In this document: positions 1-14,210 of the stretch, piece after piece
How positions within the stretch are numbered: position 1 is the first letter of the stretch
Layout of the letters: each line of letters begins with the position of its first letter
From: Octopus sinensis
Taxonomy: Eukaryota
Assembly: GCF_006345805.1 (NCBI RefSeq)
Contig: NC_042998.1
Coordinates: 205,158,001 to 205,222,000 of the forward strand
DNA: 64,000 bases
Reading direction: 5' to 3'
Program-made: the position numbers and the translations under genes
Notes under the pieces: generated by a model
Databases searched by the model: none
The model's input: only the letters and a program-made list of their open reading frames with translations
Told to the model about the DNA's origin: nothing

Positions 1-64
1 ATACCTGGGTGTGAAATCAATGGTATCACTGCTCAAATATAAATTTATAACATATGCACATATA

Positions 65-520
65 TCATCATCATCATCATCATCATTTAACGTCCGTTTT
101 CCATGCTAGCATCGGTTGGACGGTTCAACCGGGGTCTGGTGATCCATGGATGCTGCACCAGGCTCCAGTCTGATTTGGCAGTGTTTCTACAGCTGGATGC
201 CCTTCCTAACGCCAACCACTCTGTGAGTGTAGTGGGTGCTTTTTACATGCCAGTGGCACAGAGGCCAGAGGAGGCTGGCAAACGGCCACGATCGGTTGGT
301 GCTTTTACGCATCACCGACATGGACGCCAGTCAGGTGGCGCTGGCATCTTCCACGTTTGGATGGAGCTTTTTACATGTCACCAGCACAGGTATCTTAACT
401 ACAATTTCCATTTGATTTTTATTTTGATGTTGGTGTTGCTGTACTTGACTCAATAGGTCTCCTCAAGACAGCGGGTCACTCTACGATCCAAGGTTAGCAC
501 AGCAGGCCATCCTGTGAGCC
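65..520 (-). mobile_element. RTE 3' UTR-derived repeat; other copies near 2270, 5181, 12481, 13120, 17475, 17612, 23165, 44980, 45292, 49281, 52419, 55764
   Basis: Shared (CAT)n-ttaacgtccgttttccatgct...tttctacagctggatgcccttcctaacgccaacc block, reverse complement of the end of the LINE at 61500-61730. Confidence 0.85.
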
Positions 521-827
521 ATATATATGTATATATATGTATGTACGTGTATATATACACACACACACATATATCCATCCATATGTTTGAACTCAGACAT
601 TCTGCTTTTTAACCTGCAGTGTCAGCTCTCCATCATGGGAGACAACTGCGGATGAGTAATTAGAAAACAAATTTATTCATGCATATCTACTTATATACAT
701 TCATACTTACACACACACACACACACACACTTTCGTTCAGACAGGCCTACATAAATATACGCGTTCATTCATTTGTTCATTTATTTAACATTCGTTTTCC
801 CATGCTGGTATGGGCTGAACATAATTG

Positions 828-859
<32 letters not shown>

Positions 860-889
860 AATCAGTGTGGGAGAGGAGAGGCATTAGGC

Positions 890-1240
890 CACCACGTTGA
901 AGGTGTCTCAAGCAATTGTATATTCGCTATGCTGCACCTATAAGACTTGGACAGTTTACAAATGTCACAGCAAAAAGCTAAACCTCTTCCCCATGAACTG
1001 CCTGAGAAAGATGATGAAAGTGATGTGGCAGGACTAAGGTCCTAGTCATAGAGATCCTCTCTGGAGCTGATCTGCCAAGCATTTAAACATTGCTGAGCAG
1101 AGCACAAATCAGGTGGGCAAGCCATTTTGTTCGAATGCCTGACACAATGTGGACTGAAAAATTACTTCAAGGGCACATGCAAAGCCTCACTGAAGAGCTT
1201 TGGGATCAACCCTGACACCTAGAAATGCAAGCACAAAACT
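890..1240 (+). mobile_element. Highly degenerate RTE/BovB-like RT C-terminal fragment
   Basis: Remnants KKLN.F.MNCLRKMMKV.WQD and RWA.H.VRMPD. Confidence 0.55.
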
Positions 1241-2654
1241 CTCCTTCCTGGTGAAGCTGCACCAACAGGTGTCACCTCCGATGAATTGAACAGGATTTCA
1301 GGGGCACCAAAAAATCCAAAAAAAACATAAACTATGCCAGTCCAGAGCCAATACCTTACCTTTAGTCCCAATAGACTGTCAGTGCCTAACCTGTGGCAGA
1401 GCCCGCCAAGCATGCATCGGACTGATGGGCCACAGCCGGACACTCCATGCCCTGCCCTCTTTTCCTATGTGATGTCCTTGGTCATTGCCAACAATGACAG
1501 ACAAACTAATAAAAATAATAATAATGGGTATATATCTAGTTCTTTGAACCACAGAACAACCAACTCATTGAATCACCATCCAAAGTGGGTGAGTATTCTA
1601 GAGTAGCATCTACCCTTAACATAGAATCAATATAACACTTGAATTACAGGAAATGTCATTCCAAAGGCTTCAGAACAGTTTCTTCTCTCTACTTTCGTCT
1701 GTAGGTTTCAGCTAACTCACGTCTACAGTAGAAGTGTTCTTCCAAGGTGCCTCACTGTAAGATTGAACCATCAATCCCAGAATCACAAAGTGGACTTCTT
1801 AACCACTTGGCCACATATGTCCAGCGTCCTTAACAACTACCTGAACTCCTTCAGTACCAGGCCACTTTCCAGGATTATGGGTTACCATTGGTGACCTGTT
1901 ATTTGTACGATTCAGGACCACCACCTCAGACTGTTTGCTCATGTTGTTCAATTTTCCAAGTTCGACCCTGCTGACCGTTTCCTCTTCACTGAAGATCTGG
2001 CTGGGTTGATGGCTGGTGGTGGTCAACCACGTGTCACCTGGTCGTGATAGACAAGGAGGTATCTCAGAGGGATAGGGACTGACTGGGACTCTGCTCAACG
2101 GGTCACTCAGGTGGACCCAGGAATATACCCACAAATGAAGGATGCAGCAGCACACTGCAATGGTACATGCCTCACCCATCCCAACACACACACACACCAG
2201 ACCTGCCACATATGTATCACTTTCAGGATTAGTTTTTAAATCTGTTTTTCAAGAGGGCATCCTGGTGTTAGGAAGGGCATTTTTGGCGTTAGGAAGGGCA
2301 TTCTGGCGTTAGGAAGGGCATTCAGCCGTAGAAACATTGCCAGATCAGACTGGGCCTGGTGCAGCCTTCTGGCTTCCCAGACCCCAGTTGTACCGTCCAA
2401 CCCATGCTAGCATGGAAAGCTGACACTAAACGATGATGATGATGATATATATATTTATATACATATATATATATATATATATTTTGAGTAAAATTACTAT
2501 CTGCTTTCATAGGAAGTTGATGCAGGTAGTTTATCCTGTCCTCCTCCAACTTTTAGTTCATGCAACTGAAAAAAACCCCGCATTATTTATGGCTTGGCCC
2601 AATATATATATATATATGTATATATCGTTTTTAGAAAAACATGAAGAAGCCCAC

Positions 2655-3420
2655 TCTAAGAAGTAGAGCAGTCTATATATTTTTTGTTTTTTTTGCTGGT
2701 GAAGACCAGTTTATGGGGTTACTCTGGGTTTCCTGTCCATAAACGGTTTACCTTTATGGTATATCATTGGGCCACAAGACCTGTTAGCTTATGACCACTT
2801 TAAAAAATGGAGGGGACAAAGTCTGGATTATCCCCCCTTGCCAATGGCTATTGACTTACAGCCATACTGCCATCATTCAGCTGTTAGGGTAAAATAGTAG
2901 GGGATTATCTCCCTCTCCCGTTAGCCATCAACTTCCAGCGGTTCCCAAAAGGCCAGCAGAAATTTCTTAAACTGCAGACATGCCCTGGAAATCTCTGTTC
3001 TAGAGTTAAGTATAGCCCCTGGTTCGAGTGAGTCCCTTAGGATTCTCGTGTGTTCAGCTATGCATAGCTTGCAGCGTTTCATCCCATTGGTGTAGGGGCC
3101 TGGGTTTTCGAGGACTTTCCATGAGATCGAGTATGGAACTCCGTCGTCTTTTACTTGCCAAACATGGCTGGCCAGCAGGAGATAATCCCTTATTGTTTAC
3201 CCTTACAGCCGAACAATGGCAGTACAGCCGGAAATCAATAGCCATTGACAAAGGGAGATAATCCAGATTTTCCCCCCTCCATATTTTAAAGAGGTCATAG
3301 GCCAGCAGGTCTGACAATATGCCATAAAGTTAAACCCTTTATTGATGGGAAATTCAGGCTAACCCCATAAACCGGCCTTCACTTGGAAAATATATTTATA
3401 AAGTCTTCTTCTATTTGAGT
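2655..3420. repeat. Diverged long inverted repeat (arms ~2655-2915 and ~3175-3420)
   Basis: agacctgttagcttatgaccac...gggattatctcc aligns to the reverse complement of 3178-3312; TA tracts on both sides. Confidence 0.85.
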
Positions 3421-3500
3421 CTGACAAAACATTCATGGGGCTGAGGCCTTTGTGGATGCAAAACCATTGGTCAGTCTATGACCAGACTTAGACTCAACTA

Positions 3501-3539
<39 letters not shown>

Positions 3540-3628
3540 TTTATAATTAAAAACATAATTATAATCAGGGGTCAACTAATTACTTCACACCGAATTTAGA
3601 AATAGGAGTTAAAATACCTTTTCTGCTA

Positions 3629-3663
<35 letters not shown>

Positions 3664-3682
3664 CATACATACATACATACGT

Positions 3683-3978
3683 GGAGGCGCAATGGCCCAG
3701 TGGTTAGGGCAGCGGACTCGCGGTTTCGATTCCCACACTGGGCGTCGTGAGTGTTTATTGAGCGAAAACACCTAAAAGCTCCATGAGGCTCCAGCAGGGG
3801 GTGGTGGTGATCCCTGCTGTACTCTTTCGCCACAACTTTCTCTCACTCTTTCTTCTGTTGGCCTGCTCGCTTAGCCAGCGGGGTGGCGTCATTTGAAGGC
3901 TAAAACAATGCGAAGCGCATTGTGACCAGCGATGTGCAGCAACATCTGATAGCCTGATCGGTCACAGTGATCACGGTG
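3683..3978 (+). mobile_element. tRNA-derived SINE, family 1
   Basis: A box TGGCCCAGTGG, B box GGTTTCGATTCCC; parts recur at 20253-20350 (minus) and 62265-62360. Confidence 0.8.
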
Positions 3979-6208
3979 ATATATATACACACACACAGCT
4001 GCTCTGGTTTTTTGGTTAAAAACATTTTCTCTTTATTCTCTTGGCATAAAGTCAAAATCGATATTAGTTGCAACTAAATTCTGAAATATTTTATATGAAT
4101 AATTAAGCAGGTAATCATCAGAGATAATGAGGTGTTTAATTGTGTCTCCGTTTATCACAAGGCCAAACCTTTTGAAGGGAATGGTTTGGTCAGTTGAATC
4201 AAAAATCCCCAGTATATGACTGGTATTTGCTTTATGAATACTGGAGAAATGCAGATCAACCTTGAAGAGTGAGAATATAGGGGCCAGCAGTTTTGAAAGG
4301 TTAGGATTGGCTTTCTCCATTAACCCCAGTGCACAGCTGGTATTTATTTCTTTGACCCCAAAAGGATGAAAGGCAAAGTTGACCTTGGAGGAATTTGAAC
4401 TCAGAAGATAAAGGGCCAGAACCAATATTTTAATGGGGTTTTTTTCCTATCTACCTTGCTAATAATAATAATAACTCTTTCTACAATAGGCACAAAGCCT
4501 GAAACTTTGTGGAAGGAAGCTAGTCGATTACATCAACCCCAGTGCTCAACAGGTCCTTATTTTATTGACCCCGAAAGAATGTAAGGCAAAGTCAACCTCA
4601 GTGAGATTTGAACCTGGAATGTACAGGTAGATGAAATGCCACCAAGCATTTCGTCAGGTGTGCTAATGATTTTTAATAAAGGTGCAAGGTTAGAGTGAGT
4701 TGGAACTTTAAAAAGTAAATGTTACATTAGACACCTTTAAAAGACTGGATGGCCATGGCTGGAACATCTTTGGTTATTGGTTTGCTGGATCAGGGCTCAT
4801 TTAGGGCTAAGCAACAACAGAGGCATGTTGCCCTCCCTCACAGCATTTAACGGGGGTCATTGAAAGTTGAGTATATTTTCTACAAGAGCCACTGTAGAGA
4901 CCCAGGGACAGGCTCTGTACTGTTGACCCTTCCAAGTGGCATTCTAACCTGTTTGTCTTTCAGCTACTGGCTGAAACACTGTTATAGATTTGTTCTGGAA
5001 AGTTCCTTTAATTAAACATTCTTGGTGATTGAAATTCTTAAGTAATTAACCTCATTTGCAAATTAGATAATAAACTGCACCATTTCTTTATATTGTCATT
5101 CGTGAAGTATCGTTACACTGATGAGTGATGAATGAAAGAAGAAGAAAACCATTTTTCTTTCTTTTTAGTACATTTAGTGTACATCATCATCATCATCGTT
5201 TAATGTCCGCTTTCCATGCTGGCATGGGTTGGATGGTTTGACTGAGGGCTGGTGAGCCAGATGGCTGCACCAGTCTCCAATCTGATCTGGCAAAGTTTCT
5301 ACAGCTGGATGCCCTTCCTAATGCCAACCACTCCGAGAGTGTAGCGGGTGCTTTTTACATACCACTTGCACTGGAGCCAGTCTGGCAGCACTGGCAATGA
5401 CCACGCTCAAATGGTGCTGCTTTTATGTGCCACCGGCACGGGAGCCAGTCAGTGGCTCTGGCAATGATCACTCTCAAATGGTGCCTTTAATGTTCCACTA
5501 GCACGGGTGCCCATCAAGCAGTACTGTCATCAGCCACGACAACAAATTCACTTTCCTCAACAGGTCTTCGCAAGCATAGTGAAGACCTGTTGAGGCAAGA
5601 TAATTTATATATGCTCCAGTATGACCAGAGCATATATCTTTATTGATATACATTACCACAACAATCATTTGACTTTTTCTCTTTGATGCTTTTAAATTCT
5701 CCGTCTCACTTTTCTCTTCAGCTTACTCTGGCTCTGTTGATACAAATTTTCTGTTTTAAGATTCTCTAAATTTCAAACCTTCCCTCAAATTCCATCCTCA
5801 TTTATCTTCCAAACATCAGCCTAATAACGACTTATTCTACTAAATTTTTCCTTATTTCCAAAATTAATTGAAACGTAGGCAGTTTATTTTAACAGAAACA
5901 AAAGGGTTCAAATGATCAGAATTAATCTTTCCATCCAGATTTCCTGCTAATTTAGGTTCCAAACACCACCTAAATAATACTCTTTACTCTTTTACTTGTT
6001 TCAGTCATTTGACTGTGGCCATGCTGGAGCACCACCTTTAGTCAAGCACATCGACCCCAGGACTTGTTCTTTGTAAGCCTAGTACTTATTCTATCAGTCT
6101 CTTTTGCCAAACCACTAAGTTACAGGGATGTAAACACACCACTCGGTTCTCAAGCGATGTTGGGGGGGGGGTTCAAACACAAACGCATAAACACATACAT
6201 ACATATAC

Positions 6209-6241
<33 letters not shown>

Positions 6242-6548
6242 CGACGGGCTTCCTTCAGTTTCCATTTATCAAATCTACTCACAAGGCTTTGGTCTGCCCG
6301 AGGTTATAGTAGAAGACACTTGCCCAAGGTGCCATGCAGTGGGAATGAACCCGGAACTATGTGGTTGTAAGCAAGCTACCTACAACACAACCACTCCTGC
6401 ACCTATGATAAACTAATTTTACTAAATTCTCTATTATTTTCAAAATGAATCAAAACCTCATGAATTTCATTAGAAATGGGCTTAAAAAAAAAGATGTTCT
6501 TCAATCCCTGAAGCCTGGTCAATACCTCCTGGCAGTTACTTTCACAAA

Positions 6549-7000
6549 CATCATCATCATCATTGTTCGACCGTGGTCGAGACAATGGAATTTATTATGC
6601 TATGCCAGACTTCACGGTCCATCATAGCATTACGAAGGTCCTGTTGCTGGATGCCTGTATCCCTGAAGATTACATCAGGGTAGGAGAGTGTGCGCCCTCT
6701 GGTATCGCGAGCAGATGGCTTCCAGTGGAGAAGAGTAGAAATTACCTCTTTTACAGCTCTACAACAATGTCCAGCAAACTGAACTCTCCTGCCTTTCACA
6801 AGAGATGACACAGGTGGTAATTTCCCATATATTTGCATTTTGGTTGGATGACGCTTCCACAAGAGATTTTGAGCTCTCACAAGGAGGCGAGTGTAGGTTC
6901 CATCCAATCGCCTCTCAAGCTTCTTTGATAACGTCCGGGTTTCTGAGCCATATAGTAGAATTGGTTCGACTGTGGCTTTGAGGATTTTAAGTCTGAAATC
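6549..7000 (-). mobile_element. LINE 3' fragment, second RTE-group family, with (GAT)n tail
   Basis: LLYGSETRTLSKKLERRLDGTYTRLL...RRVQFAGHCCR followed by the tail at 6549-6563. Confidence 0.8.
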
Positions 7001-7588
7001 TCACAAACTCATATCTTCTAAGCTTGTCCATGCTGTGGTCAGTCATGTTATCGAACATTGGACATTGCCAGACTATCGACCCATATATAATCTTCTGCCA
7101 TGGCAAACTATCGGCCCCTTTTAATTCTGTGTATAATCCTCTGTAAGAAGACTTCTAACCTATTAGCCATTTTTAATCCACCACTATGGGGCCAGCAGTC
7201 TGTTGACCCTACATAATTCTATACTTGGGGCTAATAGCCTGCCAACCCTATATAATCGTACATTAGGGGAGTTAATTTTCTTGGAGGTGTCTAGAATGTA
7301 AGGATTCCTTTGAAAAACAGGTAAGGGTTAGCAACAGGGAGAGCATTCAGCTTCAAAATACTATCTCAAGTCTTCACCTCAACCCTTGCTATGTGGACAG
7401 ACAGACAGACATAGGATGAGAATGAACACACACACATACACACACAAACACACTCACGCACACACACATCATAAACTCAAGGATGTTACACTTGGACTGG
7501 GCAGTACATTGTGTCCTTGAGCAAGGCTCTCCGTTTTATATTACTCCAGTATATATTCAGCCTGTGTCTCAACTGATTGTTGCTGTAC

Positions 7589-7633
7589 CTCTCTCTCTCT
7601 CTCCCCCCTCTCTCTTTCTCTCTCTCTCTCTCT

Positions 7634-7688
<55 letters not shown>
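7589..7688. repeat. (CT)n microsatellite, representative of many TA/CA/CT/CAT/AAT tracts
   Basis: Directly visible. Confidence 0.95.
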
Positions 7689-7691
<3 letters not shown>

Positions 7692-9450
7692 ATGTTCTTA
7701 TAAGATGAGGGTGGGCAGAACTGGAGAGTTTCTCAATGTCTTCCCACAATTGCCAAAGTGAAAAGCAGGCAACACACAAGCAAATCATTGCCACTTCTTG
7801 CAAACGACAGATCAGTTTATGTGTGTGTGTGTGTATTTGTGTTTTTCTGTGTTCTTGTGTGTGTGTGAGAGAGAGAGAGAGAGAGTGTGTGTGTTCTTGT
7901 GCATGTGGTTTTGTGTGTTCTTGTGTGTGGTGTGTGTGTGTGACTATAAGCTATACTAGTGTGTGTATATTACTCCTCGTGGCAGTTATAGAAGCATGCT
8001 TCTTTCACCAGGACCAACATCAGGACACACGGCACACATTCTAATCTGGCTCTCATCAAAATTCTTTTGGTGCTTTTTACAAAATTATGAAATAAGGAAT
8101 ACAAATTTTCAAAAGACAAAAAAAAATGTATTTCCTTAAAATTTTCCGTATTTAATGGATGAAAAGACACAAAAGACAGATTGGCATCTTTAATGTTGCC
8201 CAATTTCACCAGCACATATTCATGGAAAACAGTTTTTAGTGTATTAAGCCTTTACCATTTAAATTGACCAGACCAGACCCAAATATTCCATCTTTGAACT
8301 GGCCTCTTACAATGTCATTCTAAAAATAAACAAACATATCATTAAAATCTCCAAAGCTTTGAGATAATCTATGATTACTTCAAAATTATGTGAATAATTT
8401 GACAGAGTAATCTGAATGCTGAAGAGTTAAAGAGAATTGGGGATTCAGCTTCTTGTAGATGATCTCGGGTTTTGGTTCTGAGATGTTTTTTCTAAAAAAA
8501 AAAAAGTGCTCCCCATGTGCCACCAAATGTGGTAAATAAAACAAATTTCTTATTTATTTGCAACAAAATAATGTTTTTGTTTCTCAAAATTTTATCAACA
8601 TGATTGCAATTAACTTCATCTACAAAACTTCATTAAAAAATTTGTATTTTTCAGAAAATTATAAGACACTCTTCCCGCACCTCTTGTGTTTCTCTCCCTC
8701 CCTCCCCCCTCTCTCTCCAATGTAAACCATCACTGGAGACCAACCAATCTAACTTTGTATATCAGCTATTCTTCTATAGAGATTACGGATGTATTCCAAC
8801 TTTGTATTCTTCAAACTCAATGCAATGTCGTGCCAAAAATTTCCATAATTCCAGTAATTGAAAAAATCCTGGATGACAATTCTTTTGTTTTTCTTATTTT
8901 CTGATTTAATTGTGATTCTTTGCTTTTATTCAAGACTTCAGTCTGAGGAGATGAGACAGAGACCACACGGTAGTCATTCCAGTTGTCTTGGACTAAGGAA
9001 TCCAAACAGTTATTGGTCAGCATCAGGTTACATTATCAACACATCTGGGACCATCCCTCGTCTCAGGTGGTATCAGAATGGTTCCTTGATATAAGATTCT
9101 TCTTTTAAAGGCATCGAAATTCAAATCTTCCAACATAATTTTCTGTGAATTTATGTTCAAAACATTGTCTTGATAATGGCAAAAGATATTTACTAAATTC
9201 TTCAATATTTTCAAACTTTAATTAGACAAACAGAATGTATTTCAACAGGAATATGGTAACAAAAAGGTTAATCATTGTTTCTGGTTTTTGTTATCGATCT
9301 GGTGATATGAGGGATGGAAAGAGTTTTCCTTCAGTTTTATCAATTTTTTCTCTTTTTCAGTTCTATTTGCTCAAGATCCATCACTTTGCTGGTGGTGACA
9401 TTTTTAAAATCATTTGTCCTTTTAAAAGTCTACCTTTTGATATGAAATAT

Positions 9451-9881
9451 AATAATAATAATAATGAAATTATTGTATACAGTGCTCAGGTGCACCACAA
9501 CTTGTCAAAAAGTGCGTATAAAGTGTATGCAGTAATGTGCAAATATCTGGAAAGCGAACAGTGTATGAGTCAGATACATGCTTGTGTGTGTATGGAGGGG
9601 AGAAAACCATGTGTAGTGTTGGCGAATCTCAGGAAGCATGGAAGTTTTGAAGGATGCAGTGCTCCGACAACCAACAACTGATGCCGGCAGTTTGTTCCAT
9701 GCTTCAGCAACTCTTAACGTGAAAAAATGTTTCCGAAAGTCATGGAAGGAGCTGTACTGTTTTCTGACTTTGTAAATATGTCCACGGGTGTTAGACGGGT
9801 GGAGTTTGAAAAGGTGCTCAGAGTTATTGTTTTTAAGATGGATAATAATTTTATGGGTGTCTGTCAAGTCAGCTGCCAGAC
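9451..9881 (-). mobile_element. CR1-like LINE 3' end with (ATT)n tail
   Basis: TRGHIYKVRKQ...FFTLRVAEAWNKLP; tail at 9451-9464; near-identical to the copy at 23905. Confidence 0.88.
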
Positions 9882-10414
9882 GTATATTCAGTTTAAATAC
9901 AAAAAGTCTTTGAAAAAATTACAAAGTTCTTTACTTTACCTCTCATTTGCTGAACCATTATGAGGACTTTAACAAACCAATACCAGTTGTTACATGGTTG
10001 TGTGGGAATGCAAACAAATACATATGGCAGGTTTCCACACAGTTTCCATCTACCAAATTCACTCCCAAAACTTTGGTAGGTCCAAGGTTATAGTAGAAGA
10101 TGCCTGCCCAAAGTGCCACACAGTAGGACTGAACCCAGAACCATGTCATTGAGAAACAAATTTCTTACCACATTGCGATGCCAGTGCCTGCAGTTACAGG
10201 GAAAATGTCATCTTTGATTTATGTTTCTGTATTGTTTACAAGGATCCACTTCTAACATCCCCCCCATCCACCCCTGCCATCCACCCATGAACATAAAATA
10301 ACAAGAAAAATTCAATTTTAGGAAACAAAGTCTTGGCAGTTCTCTTTCCTTTTCTCTAAATTCTTCTTTCCCTTCCTGTCTCTTCATTTCTATTCCTTGT
10401 CTTTTAAAATCTAG

Positions 10415-10661
10415 CTTATCGAGTTTTCGGTAAACGCCTCCTGAGAACCAGCCAGTTTGTGGTATCCAGTCGAATATGGCTGCACACGATACCAACACGG
10501 AACTGCGATGTCCTGATGACATTCCCACCCAAAACGGAAGATGCCAAGTTGATGTGGGTACTGAAACAGCTGAAGGAAAAAGCGCCACAGATTATTGTCC
10601 ATGTTCGACATCATGCCAAAACGGAAGTCTTTGGGTTTTACATGACAGCCAGTTACCAAAG
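10415..10661 (+). CDS. ANO8: ANO8 exon A (YRVFGKRLLRTSQ...YMTASYQ)
   Basis: Acceptor aatctag|CT, donor AG|gtaagt; starts phase 1, ends phase 2; matches the ANO8 N-terminal region. Confidence 0.9.
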
Positions 10662-11694
10662 GTAAGTAATTACTGGTATTTCATTCATTTGGATTGATTT
10701 TAGTTGTTGGACTGTGGCCATGCTGGGGCTCTGCCTTCAAAGGTTTCAGTCTGTCATATTGATCCTCAGCCCTTATTGTATCGGCCTTTATTTAAGGTAT
10801 CATGAAGGGATGTACTTTAGCATAAAGGTTTATACCAGTAAATTTGACAAAGATTTAGACACTCACACACACACACACACACACCCACACACATTATGTG
10901 GAGTTTACAGATATCAAGCTTGGCTGTGTGGTAAGAAGTTTTGCTTCCTAAGCACATGGTTCCAGGTTCAAACTCACTGCGTGGCACCTTTAGCAAGTAC
11001 CTTCTACTATAGCCTCAAACTAACCAAAGATTAGTGAGTGGATTTGATTGATGGAAACTGAAAGAAGCCTGTCGTACACTTTTGCAATTTAGCAAAAGAG
11101 ACCAATAGAATAAGTACCAGGCTTAAAAAATAAGGGGTTATGTGGTGCCCCAGCATGGCCACAGTCTAATGATTGAAACAAGTAAAAGATCAGTGTTTAA
11201 AGTCATTTTACTTCCCAGACTCTTTCACTGCCTTAGGAAAAAGCATGAACATCACACATTCCCCGTGTTACCATTTCCCAATCTTTATCATTAAGACTGT
11301 TGCAGAATCAGAAGAGCAGGGGACTAGATACCTTTTGGTGTTTAATTAGGATTCTTTACATTCTGAGTTCAAATCCTGCTGAGATCAACTTTGCTAGTCA
11401 TCCTTTGGAGGGGAAGAATGGGGGTCGATAAGATTCAGTACCAGTAAAATACTGGGGCCAATGTAATTGACAAGCCCCACCCCAAAATTTCAGACCTTAT
11501 GCCAATGTTAAAAACAATTATTATTGTTAGTAGTAGTAGTGTACAGAGAGATTATTTACTGCTAATAAACATTATGTATATCAATAATAAAGCCCCCATC
11601 TCCAGTAATTACTGGTATAAAACAGATGAGTAACATTTTATTTTATTGTTTATTTTTATAATTTAAAAAAATTAAATTGTGTTGTTGTTGTTAG

Positions 11695-11930
11695 TCTGTT
11701 GAAAGGGGCCGAGAACCTGTGTATCCGCAAGTCCCTAAAACAAGATTATGGCGGTGGAATGAAAGAATTCACTTTTGAAGAACAAGACTTATTTGAAAAT
11801 ATCCACAATGAAATGGAATTCTTCACAAGTCAAGAGCGGCAAAGTATTGTGTATGGTATGCTGAATAATGTGCGTTCGGTTGGAAATGAACACATCGATG
11901 ATACTGTATTCCGAGAAGGACAAGCCATTA
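11695..11930 (+). CDS. ANO8: ANO8 exon B (SLLKGAENL...FFTSQERQSI...GQAI)
   Basis: Acceptor gttag|T, donor A|gtaaga; phase 2 to phase 1. Confidence 0.93.
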
Positions 11931-13939
11931 GTAAGATTCTATTTTTTCTCATTCGTTTTTTGCATTTTATTGAATTCTGCTGAGAATTCCTGAGTTGGAA
12001 AAAAAGGTTTTGCTGACACTTGCAATATTTTCAGTTAGTCTTTGACAAAATGAAGGTTCATATCTTTGAAATATTCTTCGTCTTCAGAACTTTGAAAGAA
12101 AGAAGCTTATTTGAAAATGCTTTCGAGTTTCACACAAAGTGTATTGGATGCTTTGTACATGGCAGCAGCACTGACAGGGTCAGCAAGACAAAACCCCCTC
12201 GACTGGGGGGGGGGGGTAGTACTGAGATGGGGGGGGGCAGGGGGTGCTTTGAGCCACTTGAGAGATGAAAGATGTCTTGCTGAAGAGTAGATAGAGGATT
12301 AAGAAAGGAAGGGATTGAGTTAGAGAGTAAGGTAAGGAGAGGGATAATGAGAGGTAGAGAGAGAGAGGATGAAGATATGGTGGGACATGCCCTTCAGGGA
12401 CTTCGGGTGGATAAGAATAAGTGAGGTGATATAGGGGTTTGGGGGAGTGGGCAGAGTTAAGATTATATAGTAATGTATATCATCATCATCATCATCATCA
12501 TTTAATGTCCACTTTCCATGCTGGCATGGGTTTTGAAATGGTTTCACTGAAACTGCTAAACCAGAGAACTGCACCAGATTCTACTCTGAATTTGGTAAGG
12601 TTTCTGCAGTTGGATGCCCTTCCTAACACCAATCATTCCGAGAGTGTAGTAGGTGCTTTTTATGTGTCACTGGCATGGGTGCATTTTACATGTCACTGGC
12701 ACAGGTGCCTGTTATGTGCCACCAGCACAGGCCCCTTTTATGTGTCACCAAAATGGGTGCATTTTACATGTCACCAGCACCAGCCACAACCATGATTTCA
12801 CTTGGCATGTCTTCTCAAGCACAGCAAATCGCCAAAGATCACCATCACTTGCCGTCGCCTCTTTGAGACCCCACATTCAAAGATCATGTTTCACCACTTT
12901 GTCACATGTCTTTCTGGGTCTGCCTCTTCCGCAGGTTCCCTCCACAGTTAGAGATTGGCACGTCTTTATGCATCACATGACCATACCAGCACAAAACAAT
13001 TATAATGAATACAGAGACCACAGGCATATGGCGAAGAGGTTAAGAGCACAGGCTGCTAACACCAAGATTCCGAGTTCAATTCCGGACAGTGACCTGAATA
13101 ATAATAATAATAATAATGATGATGATCATCATCAACATCATCGTTTAGCGTCCGCTTTCCATGCTGGCATGGGTTGGACGGTTCAACTGGGGTCTGGGAA
13201 GCCAGAAGGCTGCACCAGGCCCAGTCTGATCTGGCAATGTTTCTACGGCTGGATGCCCTTCCTAACGCCAACCACTCCATGAGTGTAGTGGGTGCTTTTT
13301 ACGTGCCACTGGCACAGGTGCCAGGCAAACGGCCACGATCGGATGGTGCTTTTTACGTGCCACTGGCACGGAGGCCAGTCGGGGCAGGGCTGGCAACGGC
13401 CACGTTCGGATGGTTTTCTTATGTGCCACCGGCACTGGTATCACAGCTACAATTTCCATTCATGTTGATCGATTTTGATTTTCCCTTGCCTCAACAGGTC
13501 TTCACATGTAGAGTTTTGTGTCCCAAGAAGGAAAGGTATGCATAAGTGGACTGGCATAGGTGGACTGGCTACATCCCAGGTAGAGGCCACAGGTTATGGT
13601 CTCACTTGTCTTGCCGGGTCTTCTCACGCACAGCATACTTCCAAAAATAATAATAATCTGGTGTGTGGTGCGTGTACTGAGTTGAACAGTATGTAGGGAT
13701 GCTTGTATTGTGACCTGTGTGTGTGGATAATGGTGTGTGGTGTGGGTGCTAGTATGTATGGGATGGGAAGGTGTTTGTGAGTGTGTTTGTAATGATGTGT
13801 GAATTGAGTAATGAGTTGAACAGTGTGTATAGGTGTTTGTATAGTGGTGTGTGTATAGTGAGGGTACCAAGGTAGGCGGTGTGCAGGTGTATAGGTGGAA
13901 GGGAGGGGCAGTTGTATGTGGGAATCTGTGGGGTTGATG

Positions 13940-14210
13940 TTAGATGAAGAGTGGTGGTGAGTTGAGACCATAAGGGGCAAAGGAATGAAGAGAAAAGATT
14001 AATTCCTGTTCATGGTGAAGGCGAGAGTCTGGGTGGCCCCTCCGCAGAGACAGTATGAACACAGTCAGATGTTGTAGCAAATGACCAGTGAAGTGGAAGT
14101 GGTGTGAGACCGGAATGTCATTGCTGAGTATGTCTCGGAGGTGCTCAGCAAACCGGTCAACCAAACAGCATCCCATTTGACCAATGTACAGGTAAGGATA
14201 GAGAGAGCAT
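13940..14210 (-). mobile_element. Penelope-like element GIY-YIG endonuclease fragment
   Basis: LYIGQMG..L.DRFAEHLRDI...PVSHHF...GH...EQELIFSL.SFAPYGLN, the YIG/R..EH/E/GLN pattern of PLE endonucleases. Confidence 0.8.

Noticed and set aside
103-456. Recurring ORFs with FLQLDALPNANHS
   Set aside because: Antisense translations of the RTE 3' UTR repeat, not a gene family.
2255-2323. Three to four copies of tggcgttaggaagggcat
   Set aside because: Local slippage at the truncated edge of an RTE tail; no sign of function.
3683-3745. tRNA gene
   Set aside because: A and B boxes are present but there is no complete cloverleaf; it continues into a SINE body.
5118-5140. CTGATGAG...GAAA hammerhead-like words
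   Set aside because: No pairing for helix I or II and no UH site.
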